A stretch of 64,000 nucleotides of DNA from Octopus sinensis. Lineage: Eukaryota. The position numbers were made by a program, and so were the translations under genes. Shown piece after piece: positions 12,541 through 27,386 of the stretch; the stretch's first letter is position 1, and each line of letters opens with the position of its first letter. Below the pieces are notes generated by a model. That model worked only from the letters and a program-made list of their open reading frames with translations. It did no database searches and was not told the origin of the DNA. The stretch spans positions 1,736,001 to 1,800,000 of the forward strand of contig NC_043007.1 of NCBI RefSeq assembly GCF_006345805.1, written 5' to 3'.

Positions 12541-13143
12541 ACTGAGAAGGAAAGGAATAAAGATTGAATAAGGTTAAGAATTTCGTTTTACTCTGAAATA
12601 TTAACATTTTGAAGCATGTTTTCAGCTCAAATTTCCGAAAGTACCAATTAATTTTAGTTATCTGCCAACTTTACTTATAGTTATCTATAAGCTTTGTATC
12701 TCTAAGATATCTCCGTAAGATAACTTTGGTTATGATCTAAAGTTATGAATCAGTTTCGGCATCGAAATATCCTTAACATAACTTTCGTTATATACTATCA
12801 TATATATATATAAGCTGTTTCCTATCGACAGCCGTGGGGTAACCCTTGTTATCTAGAGATCAGATTCTTATCACAGGTATTTTACCTTTTTTTTTATCTT
12901 ATAATTTATCGTTTAATCAGGGGATGCAGAACAGCTCTTATGACCTCTTTAAGGGTTTACATGGCTCCGACAGGATGAAGGGGAAAAGTTATCTTCACAC
13001 CTGATATTCTTGATTAAACAACAAACTTCTTACGCAAACTTTCGCTATACATCTGTAAAACAGTAAACTTCAAACACAAAGTGTATAGTTTTCTCTACAC
13101 TTTCATCCTTATCATCGCATCACAGCACATTCTCTCTCTCCCC

Positions 13144-13243
13144 NNNNNNNNNNNNNNNNNNNNNNNNNNNNNNNNNNNNNNNNNNNNNNNNNNNNNNNNN
13201 NNNNNNNNNNNNNNNNNNNNNNNNNNNNNNNNNNNNNNNNNNN
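13144..13243. other. Assembly gap (100 N)
   Basis: Run of N. Confidence 1.
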
Positions 13244-13910
<667 letters not shown>

Positions 13911-14099
13911 ATACACGAGTGTGTGTGTCACGAAGAGAAAGACTCACGTTAAAAGGAAGGATTGGTGAACATTTTTACGTAATTATTAAAGTTTTATCAG
14001 AAAAATTTGATAGTGAGTTCGAAGCGGCAACTTTGACATCTCTGTCTATAATCATCTGTCCATATGTCCGTCAATCCGTCTGTCTGCCTGTCTGCCTGT

Positions 14100-14278
14100 T
14101 TGTACGTATGTATGTGTGTATATGTATGTATATATGTATGTACTTGTGTGTATGTATGTACGTATGTATGTCTATGTTTGTATGTATGTATGTATGTATG
14201 TGTGTATGTGTGTATGTGTGTATGTACGTATGTATGTGTGTATGTATGTATGTGTGTATGTATGTATGTATGTATGTA

Positions 14279-14309
<31 letters not shown>

Positions 14310-14820
14310 ATGTATGTATGTATATATGTATGTATGTATGTACGTATGTGTGTATGTATTATGTATGTATGTATGTATGTATGTATGTATGTGTGGTGTG
14401 TGTATGTATGTATGTATGTATGTGTGTATGTATGTATTTATGTATGTATGTACGTATGTATGTATGTATGTATGTATGTGTGTATGTATGTATGTATTTA
14501 TTGTATGTGTGTATGTATGTATGTACGTATGTATGTATGTATGTATGTATGTATGTATGTATATATGTATGTATGTATGTACGTATGTATGTATATATGT
14601 ATGTATGTATTTATGTATGTACTTGTGTATATGTATGTATATATGTATGTACTTGTGTGTATGTATGTATGTTTGTATGTATGTATGTATGTATGTTTGT
14701 ATGTATGTATATATGTATTTATGTATATATGTATGTATGTATGTATATATGTATGTACTATGTACGTATGTATGTACTATGTACGTATGTATGTATGTAT
14801 GTGTGTGTGTGTGTGTCGTG
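14100..14820. repeat. (TATG)n microsatellite
   Basis: Direct reading. Confidence 0.97.
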
Positions 14821-15574
14821 TATGAGCGTGTGTTGTTTATTAATTGAAATTCAAAATACGAGGCTAAGATCCATTCACGTATCTTTTTTTTCTCTCTTCC
14901 CTCCAAGCAAGCACTTCTACAAATTGAATTTCAATCCGATCAAGTTGGCGGCTTTTATTTGCTATTTTAATCATTAAAATATTTACCCAATTCTTCTTCT
15001 AACTTCGCTCTGTTTAAATTCCTTCCACGCACTTTGCTCTTTCGCCAAAGCAAATTCTTTTGTTTACAATTAGCAAAAACAATATCCACCTACACACAGA
15101 CACACACACACACACACACACTGCATATGTATGTGTATGTATTTGTATGTACGAAGGTTTGTACTTATGTAGGTGTACGTGTGTATACAGGTGCGTATGC
15201 ATCCGTGTGTATGTATGTCCATACGTCTGTTTCTGCGTATGTATGCGTGTGTGTATATATGTTTTCGTGCATGCGTGCACGTTTGTGTGTATTCAGGCAT
15301 TCCCGCTCGTCAGTATGCATGCGTATGGGTATATGTATGTGTATGTGTAAGCTGTATTTGGACTTTGTGGTTCTGAAGCCGCTCACTCACAGATTCCGAA
15401 GGTTTTTTTTAAAGTTCCGGGTAACTAAAGACGTGTATAAGTATATCGGAATTGATTGTTGAGTCCGTGCCGGCGCACGAAACTCCCGGACCTTGAGTCA
15501 CTCTGTTACTTCTGCTAAATACATGTGTGTGTGTATGTGCATGTGGATATATATATATGTGTGTGTGTGTGTTC

Positions 15575-15977
15575 TTTATTCTTTTATTTGTTTCAGTCAT
15601 TTGATTGCGGTCATGCTGGAGCACCGCCTTTAGTCGAACAACTCGATCCCCAGGACTTTTTCATTGTAAGCCTAGCACTTATTCTATCGGTCTCTTATGC
15701 CGAACCGCTAAGTTACGGGGACGTAAACACACCAACATCGGTTGTCAAGCTATGGCGGAGGAACAGACACGCACACACACACACACAACACACACACACG
15801 TGTGTGTATGTATACGACAGGCTTCTTTCAGTTTCCGACTGCCAAATCCACTCACAAGGCTTTGGTCGACCCGAGGCTATACTAAGAAGGCACTTTCGCA
15901 AGGTGCCACGCTGTGGGACCGAACCCGGAACCATGTAGTTGGTAAGCAAGCTACATACCACACAGCCACTCCTGCGT
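15575..15977 (-). mobile_element. SINE family A, CpG-retaining copy
   Basis: Full head and tail on the minus strand. Confidence 0.9.
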
Positions 15978-16251
15978 CTATGTGTATAAAATGTTTGTGT
16001 ATGTGTGTGTATATGTATATATGTGTGTTTGTGTGCATATATGTATGCGTTTGCACTTTATTTCTTAGCATGTAAGCCATGCATATAATAAAAAAGTATT
16101 AAACGTGAACATAAAGATAGAAGCAAAAATAAGATTAAGAACGAAAGAAAATAGAATTAATTTTTATAATTATAATTAATTTACTTGTTGTTTGTTTTGT
16201 CAGGTAATTCTTTACAATCCCGTTTTGTCTATATATATATATATATATATA

Positions 16252-16479
16252 CTCTTTTATTCTTTTACTTGTTCAGTCATTTGACTGCGGCCATGATGGA
16301 GCACCGCCGTTAGTCGAGCAAATCGACCCCGGGACTATTCTTTGTAAGCCCAGTACTTTTTTCTATCGGTCTCTTTTGGCGAACGCTAAGTGGACGGGGG
16401 ACGTAAGCACACCAGCATCGGTTGTCAAGCGATGCTAGGAGGACAACACAGACACACACACACACACCACACATATATA

Positions 16480-16549
<70 letters not shown>

Positions 16550-16709
16550 TACGACAGGCTTCTTTCAGTTTCCGTCTACCAAATCCACTCACAAGGCATT
16601 GGTCGGCCCGGGCTATAGCAGAAGACACTCGCCCAAGATGCCACGCAGTGGGACTGAACTCGGAACCATGTGGTTGGTTAGCAAGCTACTTACCACACAG
16701 CCACTCCTA
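16252..16709 (-). mobile_element. SINE family A
   Basis: Full head and tail on the minus strand, internal (TA)n. Confidence 0.9.
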
Positions 16710-16730
16710 TATATATATATATATATAATA

Positions 16731-17098
16731 TCTATATAAACGGCAGTTTGTCTGTGCGTTTTCTGTGTGTCTGTTTTCTCGTACCCTCTCTGACCACGGC
16801 TTTCAACCGATTCTGATGAAACTGACACACACATAGCTCAATGTCATAATTCAAAACTAACGCAGCGAAAAATTTTGAAAAGTTCCCCCAGTTCTGAAAA
16901 AAATCGATAAATTCGACATGGGTCGAGAATCAGAAACCCAACCACAGACGTCTAGGGGACGCAACTCCACCTTTTTTAACTCTCAAAAAAATTTACCATA
17001 ATTTTTTCCCATTTTTTGCTATTTTTGGCTATAACTCTCTAAAAATGCTTATAGTTATTTCCCTTACAAACCTGAGCAACGCCGGGCGATACTGCTAG
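16731..17098 (+). mobile_element. Non-autonomous Helitron
   Basis: 5' TC start (a|tctatataa), subterminal hairpin cctgagcaacgccggg, 3' CTAG|t. Confidence 0.85.
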
Positions 17099-17569
17099 TA
17101 TATATATATATTTTATCCTTCGAAACGTTTAGTAGATGAAACTTAGCGACTGAAGAAGGGGATTTTTCGTTGTGCTTATTGTCCTGTATCTCTCTCTTTT
17201 TTTTTTTTGCTTGTCTTGTTCCTTGGTTGTGTCTATGTGTTTCGTCTCTCTATGTGTTCGAGTCTTTTTGGTGTCCTGTACACATATATGCGTGTATATG
17301 TACATGTAGAGGTAGGTACGTACATATATGTTTATATATATGCATATGTTCTATTTATTAACATCATATATATATATATATGGGGGTGGGCAGAGGACGT
17401 CATGAAACGTGTACAAAAAAAATACGGAGTACGAGTACAGGGAATATGAACTATTTTTTTTAACGAATAATACAAATGGAAAACAAGACAAACAACATAA
17501 AGAACGACCCTTCATCAGTCGTTGGCTGTTTTTCTAGTCACGTATTTCGAGCATTTAACGACATATACA

Positions 17570-17615
17570 ATACATATATATATATATATATATATTATAT
17601 CTATATATATATATA

Positions 17616-17656
<41 letters not shown>

Positions 17657-17717
17657 TATAGATAGATAGAGAGAGAGAGAGAGATAGATATATATATATA
17701 TATAGAGAGAGATAGAT

Positions 17718-17748
<31 letters not shown>

Positions 17749-17775
17749 TAGTTAGATAGATAGCTATAGATAGAC

Positions 17776-17810
<35 letters not shown>

Positions 17811-17811
17811 C

Positions 17812-17844
<33 letters not shown>

Positions 17845-17910
17845 TAGATATGTATAGATAGATAGATATCCATACATATATGCACATGTATATGTTTGTG
17901 TGTGTGAGTG
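17570..17910. repeat. Compound TA/GA/GATA microsatellite
   Basis: Direct reading. Confidence 0.95.
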
Positions 17911-18039
17911 AGGGATAAACGGAGAGAAAGATGCGTGTGTATATTATATGTTCGCAGGAATAATGGTGTGCATGCTGAGGAAAACCAACAGATGTTAAAA
18001 CGACTGCTGTTAAATCTATTAAACAAGGCAACAGGAAAC

Positions 18040-18075
<36 letters not shown>

Positions 18076-18991
18076 CACGCACTTTATTCGCGTAAACCCA
18101 AGCGCACCGGAATGTGTACCGAATCACACACGCGCTTATAATAACGAAGGTAAAAAAACAAAACAAAAGAAACACGTGTTTGTTATCCATGGAAAAACAA
18201 TATAGATTTTATAACAAAAGCCACCAACAAACACTACCTGCTTTTAAGCGTACCTAATAAACATATACACCTGTAATTCCCTCCCCCACCCGCACTTTCT
18301 CTTTCTCTTTCGTCTCACCTTTGATATTTCTCCTGTTTATCTTAAACTAGTATCTTTATTATCTTGCTAAACATTTTTGCTAATTGGTTGTAAAGTGTTT
18401 AGCCCAGGGTCAGTCTCGATGCAGGAAATCTATGGTCAAAATCCTTTCTATCTTTTTTTCTTTTGTTTTTGAAGTTTTTTTTTTCGTGCTTGTTTTTTGT
18501 TTTCCCAACTTAAAACGAGAGAGCGTGTGCCCGGTCGCGCGGTTTTAGAAATAGCAGCCAAGTCTTTCTTAAGCGGAATTCTATTATTTTGACGAAAGAA
18601 AGAAAACGAAAAAAAAAAAAAAAAAATTAATGCTTAAGATTAAATGCTTTTACTTGTTACTACTGTTGTTGTTGTTTAGCCACGGGTGTGCTCTGATCGA
18701 CCGCGCCTGTGATCAAAGACGTTCCAGCGTGGCCATACCATCCATTCTGTATATCAGAGACTACGATCCATATTTACTTTCTCCTGTTACTTTTTTGTGG
18801 GGGTGGGGGGTGTTTGCTCCCCACCCGGCTAAGTAGTAAGGATATTCTTTGAAGAACACTTAGCTGCACTTTCTAGCAGATGGAGCGACCACCACACAGG
18901 CTTTTCTCGCTTACTCCGTAATCATCGCTTCGTCATAATAAACAAACGACTTTTCACTTTACAGAGAACTTTCCAATAATAATAATGATGA

Positions 18992-19495
18992 TAAATTCTT
19001 TAATTAGCCACAAGGGCTCACATACAAAAACATTAAAGGACAAAAAACAAAAACAGGATGATACAAAGGGTTTTACAGTGTGTAAACAATACAAATAATT
19101 AAAAATAAATTAAACTCCCAATGGGGGGGGGCGCTTTCAGGTCCTCGTGGAAAACCCCCACAAAAGTCACGTTGCCTAATCAACGGGGCAAGAGCCCCCC
19201 CCCCTTTTTTTACAGGTGCACGCTCAAAACTGGTCCCTTCGCACTTGCCATTCTTTCCAACATTCACCCACCTTTCAACAACATCAATAATAATAATAAC
19301 AATAATAATTAATTATTTTTATTGGTCACAAGGGCTGACAAAAATCAATTATCACGTAAAGGGACAAAACAGGACGAAAGGTTACAAAGGGTTTTGTCCG
19401 TTTGTGAAAAAAATCCGTGTAAAAACAGTTTAACTACGAAAGATTATAACAATGAAAACCTCCCAAAAGGGGGGAGGCGTTACGAAAGGTTCCTG
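18992..19495 (-). mobile_element. Two Tx1/L1-like 3' end fragments separated by (TAA)n
   Basis: Minus strand encodes VERWVNV (compare VQRWVRV at ~3550); tails agcccttgtggctaattaaagaa and agcccttgtgaccaataaaaa. Confidence 0.6.
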
Positions 19496-19524
19496 GTTAT
19501 AATAATAATAATAATAATAATAAT

Positions 19525-19856
19525 AGGAGCATCATAGCCATGTGTTGAGAGGGATTCTTTGGGGTTTGATTAATTCACCTCTGGAAACATGGGTGGTTCT
19601 TACATCCTTAAACAACCCCTATTCAGGGACCTTTTGAGCAGGATGGGCTACTCAACCTGAAGAAAATTCTAACTGGGCCCCCACCTGCAAGGTCATGCGC
19701 TGTTTACCTTGATATGATATCACCATGTCGCGCACATATGGTTGTGATGCATGTGCCTGGTGTACCCTTATCAGACGGGTAGTCATGATGGGTATACTGG
19801 GCTTCGTATATTTTACCCCAGTGTCACTTTGATGGCATGCTCTGCTCGCTCACTCA
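19525..19856 (+). mobile_element. Probable non-LTR retrotransposon 3' fragment inserted in (TAA)n
   Basis: GC-richer complex block with (TAA)n on both sides; family not established. Confidence 0.4.
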
Positions 19857-20315
19857 ATAATAATAATAATAATAAATAATGATTATGATGATTTCGGATC
19901 ACGTAACGTATAATTGTTAATTAAAAGGGGAATGGATTTGTGTGTGTGTGTGTGTGTGTGTTCTTGGCCGATTTAGCGAAGCGATTGTATCAACGTTCCT
20001 ATTTTACCGTTATTGTTTTGGTTTTTTTTTTCTTCTGTCTCTCAACGAGCTTTAACTGTTGTTTTATGGAATGCAGCTGTGACCAGGATCATTAAAACTG
20101 TTAAAAGTTTTCAGTTAGTGAAATGGAAAAAGGGCGGGGGGGGGGGGGCAGTGGTTTGTTGGCTGTTATCGATAGGTAAAGGTTTTGACAACAGACTCTC
20201 TCTTCTCTCTCTCTTCAGCAGGAATGAATAATGAATTGAAGGCTGGCGGCATGTCAGAACGGACAAGTTTCCCTCCACTTCGTGTCGGCAAATCGCGTCA
20301 GCTGTTTCTGTTGAC

Positions 20316-20346
<31 letters not shown>

Positions 20347-20439
20347 CTGCTATTTTTTTCTTCCATTTGCTGGATATTGTTGTTACTGTTCTTTTTTTTC
20401 TTTCTTCTTCGCATCGTCGTCATCATCATCATTATTTGT

Positions 20440-21205
20440 CATCGCGGTGAACTTGCTGGACGAATCGTAAACTGCGTCGGACAGAAAGGCTCGAAACGTT
20501 AAACACGCCGGACGAAACAAATTCCGCCGAGGTCGACTTTGCCTTTCATCCTTTCGGGGTCGATTAAATAAATTTCAGTTACGCACTGGGGGCGGTATAA
20601 TTGACTTAGTTCGTTTGTCTGTCCTCTCTGTGTTTAACCCCTTGTGGGTAGTCAAGAAATAAGAATTTCGTCTGTCTTTATGTTCTGAGTTCAAATTCCG
20701 CCGAAGTCGACTTTGCCTTTCATCCTTTCGGGGTCGATAAATTAAGTACCAGTTACGCACTGGGGTCGATGTAATCGAGTTAATCCGTTTGTCTGTCCTT
20801 GTTTGTCCTCTGTGTTTAACCCCTTGTGGGTAGTAAAGAAATAGGTATCTCTTCCAACTTACGTTCTGAGTTCAAATTCCAACCGAGGTCGACTTTGCCG
20901 TTCATCCTTTCGGGGTCGATTAAATAAGTACCAGTTGCGCACTGGGGTTGATATAATCGACTTAATCCGTTTGTCTGTCCTTGTTTGGTCCTTCTGTGTT
21001 TAACCCCTAGTGGGCAGTAAAGAAATAAGAAAGGCTCAGCGGTATCTCTTCCGACTTACGTTCTGAGTTCAAATTCCGCCGAAGTCGACTTTGCTTTTCA
21101 TCCTTTCGGGGTCGATAAATTAAGTACCAGTTGCGTAGTGGGGTCAATCTAATCGACTTACCCCCCTCTCCCAAAATGTCAAGCCTTGTGCCTATAATAG
21201 AAAGG
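20440..21205 (+). mobile_element. Tandem array of four SINE family B segments (~175-195 bp period)
   Basis: aaattccgccga(a/g)gtcgactttgc recurs near 20519, 20693, 20874 and 21071. Confidence 0.9.
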
Positions 21206-21215
21206 ATCATCGTCG

Positions 21216-21304
<89 letters not shown>

Positions 21305-21505
21305 AGGGGACGAGTAGGCAGAAGCGTTAGGGCGCCGGGCACCTGGCTTCTTACGTTCTGAGTTCAAATCTGATCGAGCTCGACTCTGCCTTTTATCCTT
21401 TTGGGTTGGGGCGATAAAATAAGTACCAGTTGCAAACTGGGGTTCGATATAATCTACTAAACCCCCTGCTCGTAAATTTGTTGTCCCTATGCTAAAATTA
21501 GAACT
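21305..21505 (+). mobile_element. SINE family B, diverged
   Basis: ggcagaagcgttag...ctgagttcaaat...aagtaccagtt. Confidence 0.75.
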
Positions 21506-21777
21506 ATTGGTATTGTTGTTGTTGTTGTTGTTATAACGACACCCTTGATCAATAGGATATTCGATTATTTAGCGAACATTTCCTAGTGCACTAAAACTGT
21601 TACTATTACTACTACTACTACTGTTAGTACTATTACTACTACTACTGCTGCTGCTGCTGCTACTGCTGCTGCTCGTGCATTTGCAACGGAAGCCTGTTGT
21701 GTGTAGTCCTTGTGAGTTGTTAAATATTGAAACAGTTTGTTTGCATTCGGTTAACAGCTGGTGCTCCGGTGGTGACA

Positions 21778-22243
21778 CGCACACACACACAGACACATAC
21801 ATGCATGGATACACACATACATACATACATACACACATACATACATACACACATACATACATACATACATACATACATACATACATACATACACGCACGC
21901 ATACATACACACCCGTACATACATACACACACATACATACACACATAGATACATACATACACACATGTATATATACATACATACACACACACATACACAC
22001 ATGTATATATACATACATATATACACACATGCATACATGCATACAGACATACATACATATATACATACACACATAAATACATACATACACACACGTACAT
22101 AAACACATACATACACACACATACATACATACATACATACATACATACATACATACATACACACACATACATACATACATACATACATACATACAGACAT
22201 ACATACATGTGTGTGTGAGAGAGAGAGAGAAAGAGAGAGAGAA
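21778..22243. repeat. (CATA/CA)n microsatellite
   Basis: Direct reading. Confidence 0.95.
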
Positions 22244-22859
22244 AGCAGTAGACCCATGTATACAAACATTCGCACGCTGCAACCAACACGTGCGCGCGCA
22301 CCTTGTCGACGAACAGTGATAATTATCGTTAGCATAGTTAAACTAATTTTCTTCTTTCTCCTCGATAATGACTGACAGTGACTTCGAAGTGTCGCCGGTT
22401 GTGTCGCACTCGGAAAAACTGACAATTAGATCGTGAAGAGCAAAACAAAATTTGGAAAAATGTGAAGAACAGCCAAGATTCTTAAAGGAAACGAAAGTAT
22501 AAAAGTAGGCTGTCGTTCGCTTCGCAAACCACGTGTTCTTGAGTTCGGTCTCATTGCGCGGCACCCCTGAGCAATGTTTTCTACTACAGCCCAATTCCTG
22601 AGAAACGGAAGATATGTGAAAGCCCATGCCACTCTCACCCCATCGCCTCGTAGCGGTGTTGCTTTGTTTTCGTCCCCGTAACCTAAAGTTCGGTACAAAA
22701 GAACGATAGAATGAGCACCTGAGCTCCCCTCTTTAAAAAAAAAAAATTAATAAAAACGATGCCAGTAGTTGATCCGATTTGTTTGAATTAAGGCGGTGCA
22801 CCAGCATGGCCGCAGCCCAATCGCAGAGATGAGTAGAAAAAAAATAAAATTGTATAGGC

Positions 22860-23335
22860 ACCAGCATACCTACGTGGCACGGAGATTACTTCCTGCTTCC
22901 CAGCCACATCGTGGCCCCTTGGGCAAGTGTCCTCTAATATAGCCCCGGGCCGGCCAAAGCCTTGTACGTTGATTTGGTAGACAGAAACTGAAAGAAACTC
23001 TTCGGTACCGGGTTCAGTCCCACTGCATGGCACCTTGGGCAAGTGTCTTTTAATATAGCCTTGGGCCGACCAAATCCTTGTGATTGGATTTGGTAGATGG
23101 AAACTGGAAGAAGCCCGTCGTACATATGTGTGTGTGTGTGCCTATGTTTGTCCCCCACCCCACCATCGCTTGACAATCAATGCTGGTGTGTTTACGTCCC
23201 CGTAACTTAGCGGTTCGGCAAAAGTGACCGATAGAATAAGTACTAGGCTTACAAAGAATAAGTCCTGGGTTCGATTTGTTCGACTAAAGGTGGTACTCCA
23301 GTATGACCGCAGTCAAATGACTGAAACAAAGAAAG
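22860..23335 (+). mobile_element. SINE family A with duplicated 5' half
   Basis: ccttgggcaagtgtc...gatttggtaga occurs twice before one 3' half. Confidence 0.8.
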
Positions 23336-23817
23336 ACAATTTGTGTGTGTGTGTTTCTCCTTTGAGCTTGACAGCCATTGTTGGTTTGTTTACGTCCTCG
23401 TAATGTAGCGGTTCGGCAAAGCGGCCGATATAATAAATACCAAACTAAATTTGAATAAAACATTTAAAAAAAAGTATTAGGGGTCATTTGTCCGAGTACC
23501 TTCTTTAAGGCGATGCTCCAGCATGGCCGCAGTAAAATTGCTGAAACAGGAAATGGTAAAATATGTGATTAGACAAACGAAACCTATAGATCGGTTTCAT
23601 AACCGGCGATCGAGTTTTCAGGAAAAGTGTATCTTGGACTATGTTATTCAATGTGCTTTCACTTTGAATTTGTTTGTAGTTTCGTTATTCAAATTTCCCG
23701 TTGTGTTTTGATGACGATGGTGGTATGACTGGTATTTCTAGCAAATTGGGCGTCCGTCTGTCTGTCTCCGTCTGTCTTGCCTTGTGTGTCTGTCTATCGT
23801 ATTCGTGCTGCCGAGAT

Positions 23818-24014
23818 CAGTGTTTTTCAAACTTTTTTTGTCGCGACCCACTGAAGGGGCGGGACCCACCCTTTGAAAAGCGCTGCTTTATATTCTGCAC
23901 TTTGCACCCACCTGCGTTTTTTTCTTTCTTTCCCTCTTTTCTTTTTTGTCGCGACCCATCTTATTTATCTCATGACCCACTGAAGGGTCGGAATCCACAG
24001 TTTGAAAAACGCTC
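23818..24014. mobile_element. Minimal hAT (Charlie-like) MITE at 23818-23885 plus a partial second copy
   Basis: cagtgtttttcaaa / tttgaaaagcgctg TIRs; tttgtcgcgaccca and gacccactgaaggg are repeated. Confidence 0.7.
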
Positions 24015-24434
24015 ATCTAGAGGAATCCATGTCGCATGTTCCTGCGAGTTGCTCTCCCTCTCTCTCTCTCTACCTCCCTCCCCCTATCTATCTATTTCAC
24101 TTCTACTTTCATTTTCACTTTACTTCTGTGACATGCTTATTTCATACTCGGTACAAGACACCCACCTTAACTTGTAATATCAGGTAACGCACTTTAATTA
24201 TATACGATTATATAAATTCCTTCACAGTATTATCCAGCATATTATATACAGGAAGGTTTTAACTACTACGTTCATTGAACATTGTTCCGTTAATTTTATT
24301 GGTTGTACATTCGTAAATATAACGGCGGGGGTTAATAAAAGACTTGATAAGTTATTCAAGCTTAAGTGTGGTCATTGTCCACACACGTTGTAATCAGTCC
24401 AAGAACAATAAAAAAACCATTACAGGTTTATATA

Positions 24435-24662
24435 CAGGGTTGGCCAAAAGTCACAGTAAATCAAAATTCCATAAATACTTTCTGTAATTCTATATTGACT
24501 AGAATGGGAAAATGTGACCCTCAAGAAAGACATCAGTGTGAACAATTTACCTGAGGTTTCATATTTAGCTGCTTTTATTCAATCCATTCCGTTGTTAAAC
24601 ATAAATAAATCTTAGAATTAAATGGTTTGGGTTTACTGTCAGGTGACTTTGGGCCAACCCTG
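24435..24662. mobile_element. Tc1/mariner-type MITE
   Basis: TA|cagggttggccaaaagtcac ... gtgactttgggccaaccctg|TA. Confidence 0.88.
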
Positions 24663-24739
24663 TATAATACGGTTTCAACACAGATATAACAGTTTTTTTA
24701 AAAAAGTACACCAAATGCTGCTTTTTTTTGTTCTTTTTT

Positions 24740-24951
24740 ATTTTTACTTGTTTCAGTCATTAGGCTCTGGTCATGCTGGGGCACCGCCTTGAAGAATTCG
24801 TTCGTCGAATGAATCGATCCCAGGACTTTCTTAAAGCATAGTACTTATTCTGTGGGCTCTTTCACTGAGCCGCTGAGTTACAGGGACGTTAACAAAGCAA
24901 CACCGGTGGTCAAGCCGTGGTGGGAGACAAACGAGTGCACGCACACACAAA

Positions 24952-25015
<64 letters not shown>

Positions 25016-25175
25016 CGACGGGCTTCTTTCAGTTTCCGTCTACCAAATTCCATTCACAAGGCTGTGGTTGGTCCGAGGCTACAGTAGAAGTCACTTGCCC
25101 CAGGTGTGCCACGCAATGGGACTGAACCTGTAACCATGTGGTTGGGAAGCTAGCTTCTTACCACACAGTCACGAC
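24740..25175 (-). mobile_element. SINE family A
   Basis: Reverse complement head and tail. Confidence 0.85.
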
Positions 25176-26214
25176 TTCTTGACACTCCTTGTAGCTGTGA
25201 TCCACGGATTGCGTTCTTTTTCATTTTGTGAAACCTGGCATCTGTAGAGTGGTACCAGCTCTAAAGCTATGGCGCAGATGGTGGAACTGCAATATATGCA
25301 TGGAAGTGTATGTGTGTGTGTGTTGTCTGGATGCATGTGTCCCCGAAAATGTTATGCGTTTCGCGCAGAAAACTATTAAACAGATGGGTTGAATAGCAAA
25401 CAATACGATGTGGTATTTATCCCGCCCAAATTGCATAGATCTTTGCTTGCCTCTCACGTGACGGGAAATGCAATGAACTGTTGATTGACCTGCAAATTAA
25501 TTGACCTCAGAATGAGAACCTTCGTTATAAACTTTATAAGTCTTATTGTAAACCAATTTACTCTACCTCTGGTATTCGAGTACATTTTTCCACCTTGTTT
25601 CGCATTTATATGCTTACTTTGGTATATATATATATGTGTGTGTGTGACAAGGCTACCTCTTTGAAATACACGTATTGAGTGGACGAAAGCAGCATTAAAT
25701 AAATCGTCTTGCTGAAGAACACAACTTGCCGCCGGGACTCGAACTCCCGACCTTACGGTTGTGAACCGAATACCGTAACCACTGAGCTAGGTGCCTTCGA
25801 TGATACAAATCCCAAGTGTTTTTTTACCGGAGTCAGTTGGGACTCATGCAAGGAAAATTTTATATTACTCAGAATATTATGAAACAAGGGCTGAGCAAAA
25901 GTCTGTAATCGTGTACGGCCTTTTAGGAGAAACTTGTGAAAATGTTTTGCACAAGGCGAAGTGTTTCAGCGCTTTTCATTTTAAAGGCCGTGTCACAGAG
26001 GTTCCATTTGCTTCGTAAAACACCAGCATCGCCGTTGTTGTCGTCATCTCCGACAAAAAGGTGAAGTTGTAGAATAGATTTCAATGTTGTTATTTGCTCT
26101 GCCTCAGCAATGTCGAAGAATTCGCTATTTTTTGTGGTTAGTAGGCTATGACACTGTGTTCAATATTCAAGGTAAGAATTTAATTGAATGCAATTTGTTT
26201 AGCTTTAATAATCA

Positions 26215-26700
26215 ATAATAATAATGATGACGATGATGATGATGATGATGATGACGTCGATACTGAAGATAAGAATAATAGTAATGACAACAATAAACAC
26301 CACGGCAACAACAACAACAATAATAATAATAATAATAATAATAATGATAATAATAGTAATGATAATAATAATGATAATAATAATAATAATGATAATAATA
26401 GTAATGATAATAATAGTAATGATAATAATAATGATAATAATAATAATAATGATGATAATAATAATGATAATAATAATAATGATAATAATAATGATGATAA
26501 TAATAATAATGATAATAATTATAATGATAATAATAATAATGATAATGATAATGGCGACGATAACGATGTTTATGATGATGATGATGATACTGAAGATAAG
26601 AATAATATGATAGCGACGATAATAGATAGTAATAACAGCAACAATAATAACACAACTACAATAATAACAATGACCACCACCACCACCACTACCACCACAC

Positions 26701-26747
<47 letters not shown>

Positions 26748-26755
26748 TTAATAAT
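26215..26755. repeat. (AAT/GAT)n microsatellite
   Basis: Direct reading. Confidence 0.95.
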
Positions 26756-27068
26756 GGTCACTGAATGATAATAGCCACGCTGAAAACCGAAGACATCTAC
26801 TGAGTGATTAAAAAAAGTTTGAGTTTGTTTTGTTTCTTTATTTTTTTAGGGGTGGGGGTTCTTTTTCTAAATTGAATTTAATTATATCTCAGATATTTTT
26901 GTAGAAAAAATAAATAAAACAAAACTAAAAAGAAAACGTTTAATATACTTACGTCCCGACATGAAATTTGATCAGAATTGTAACTTCATTTTCATTTCTT
27001 AAAAACTATGCAATTTCTACAGATCACCGATATAACATACACGAAATTCGCTAGACTATATTTGTTAT

Positions 27069-27386
<318 letters not shown>

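Noticed and set aside
15525-16075. Recurrent peptides such as SFSFRLPNPLTRLWSARGYSRRHLPK
   Set aside because: These are SINE A read-throughs, not a protein family.
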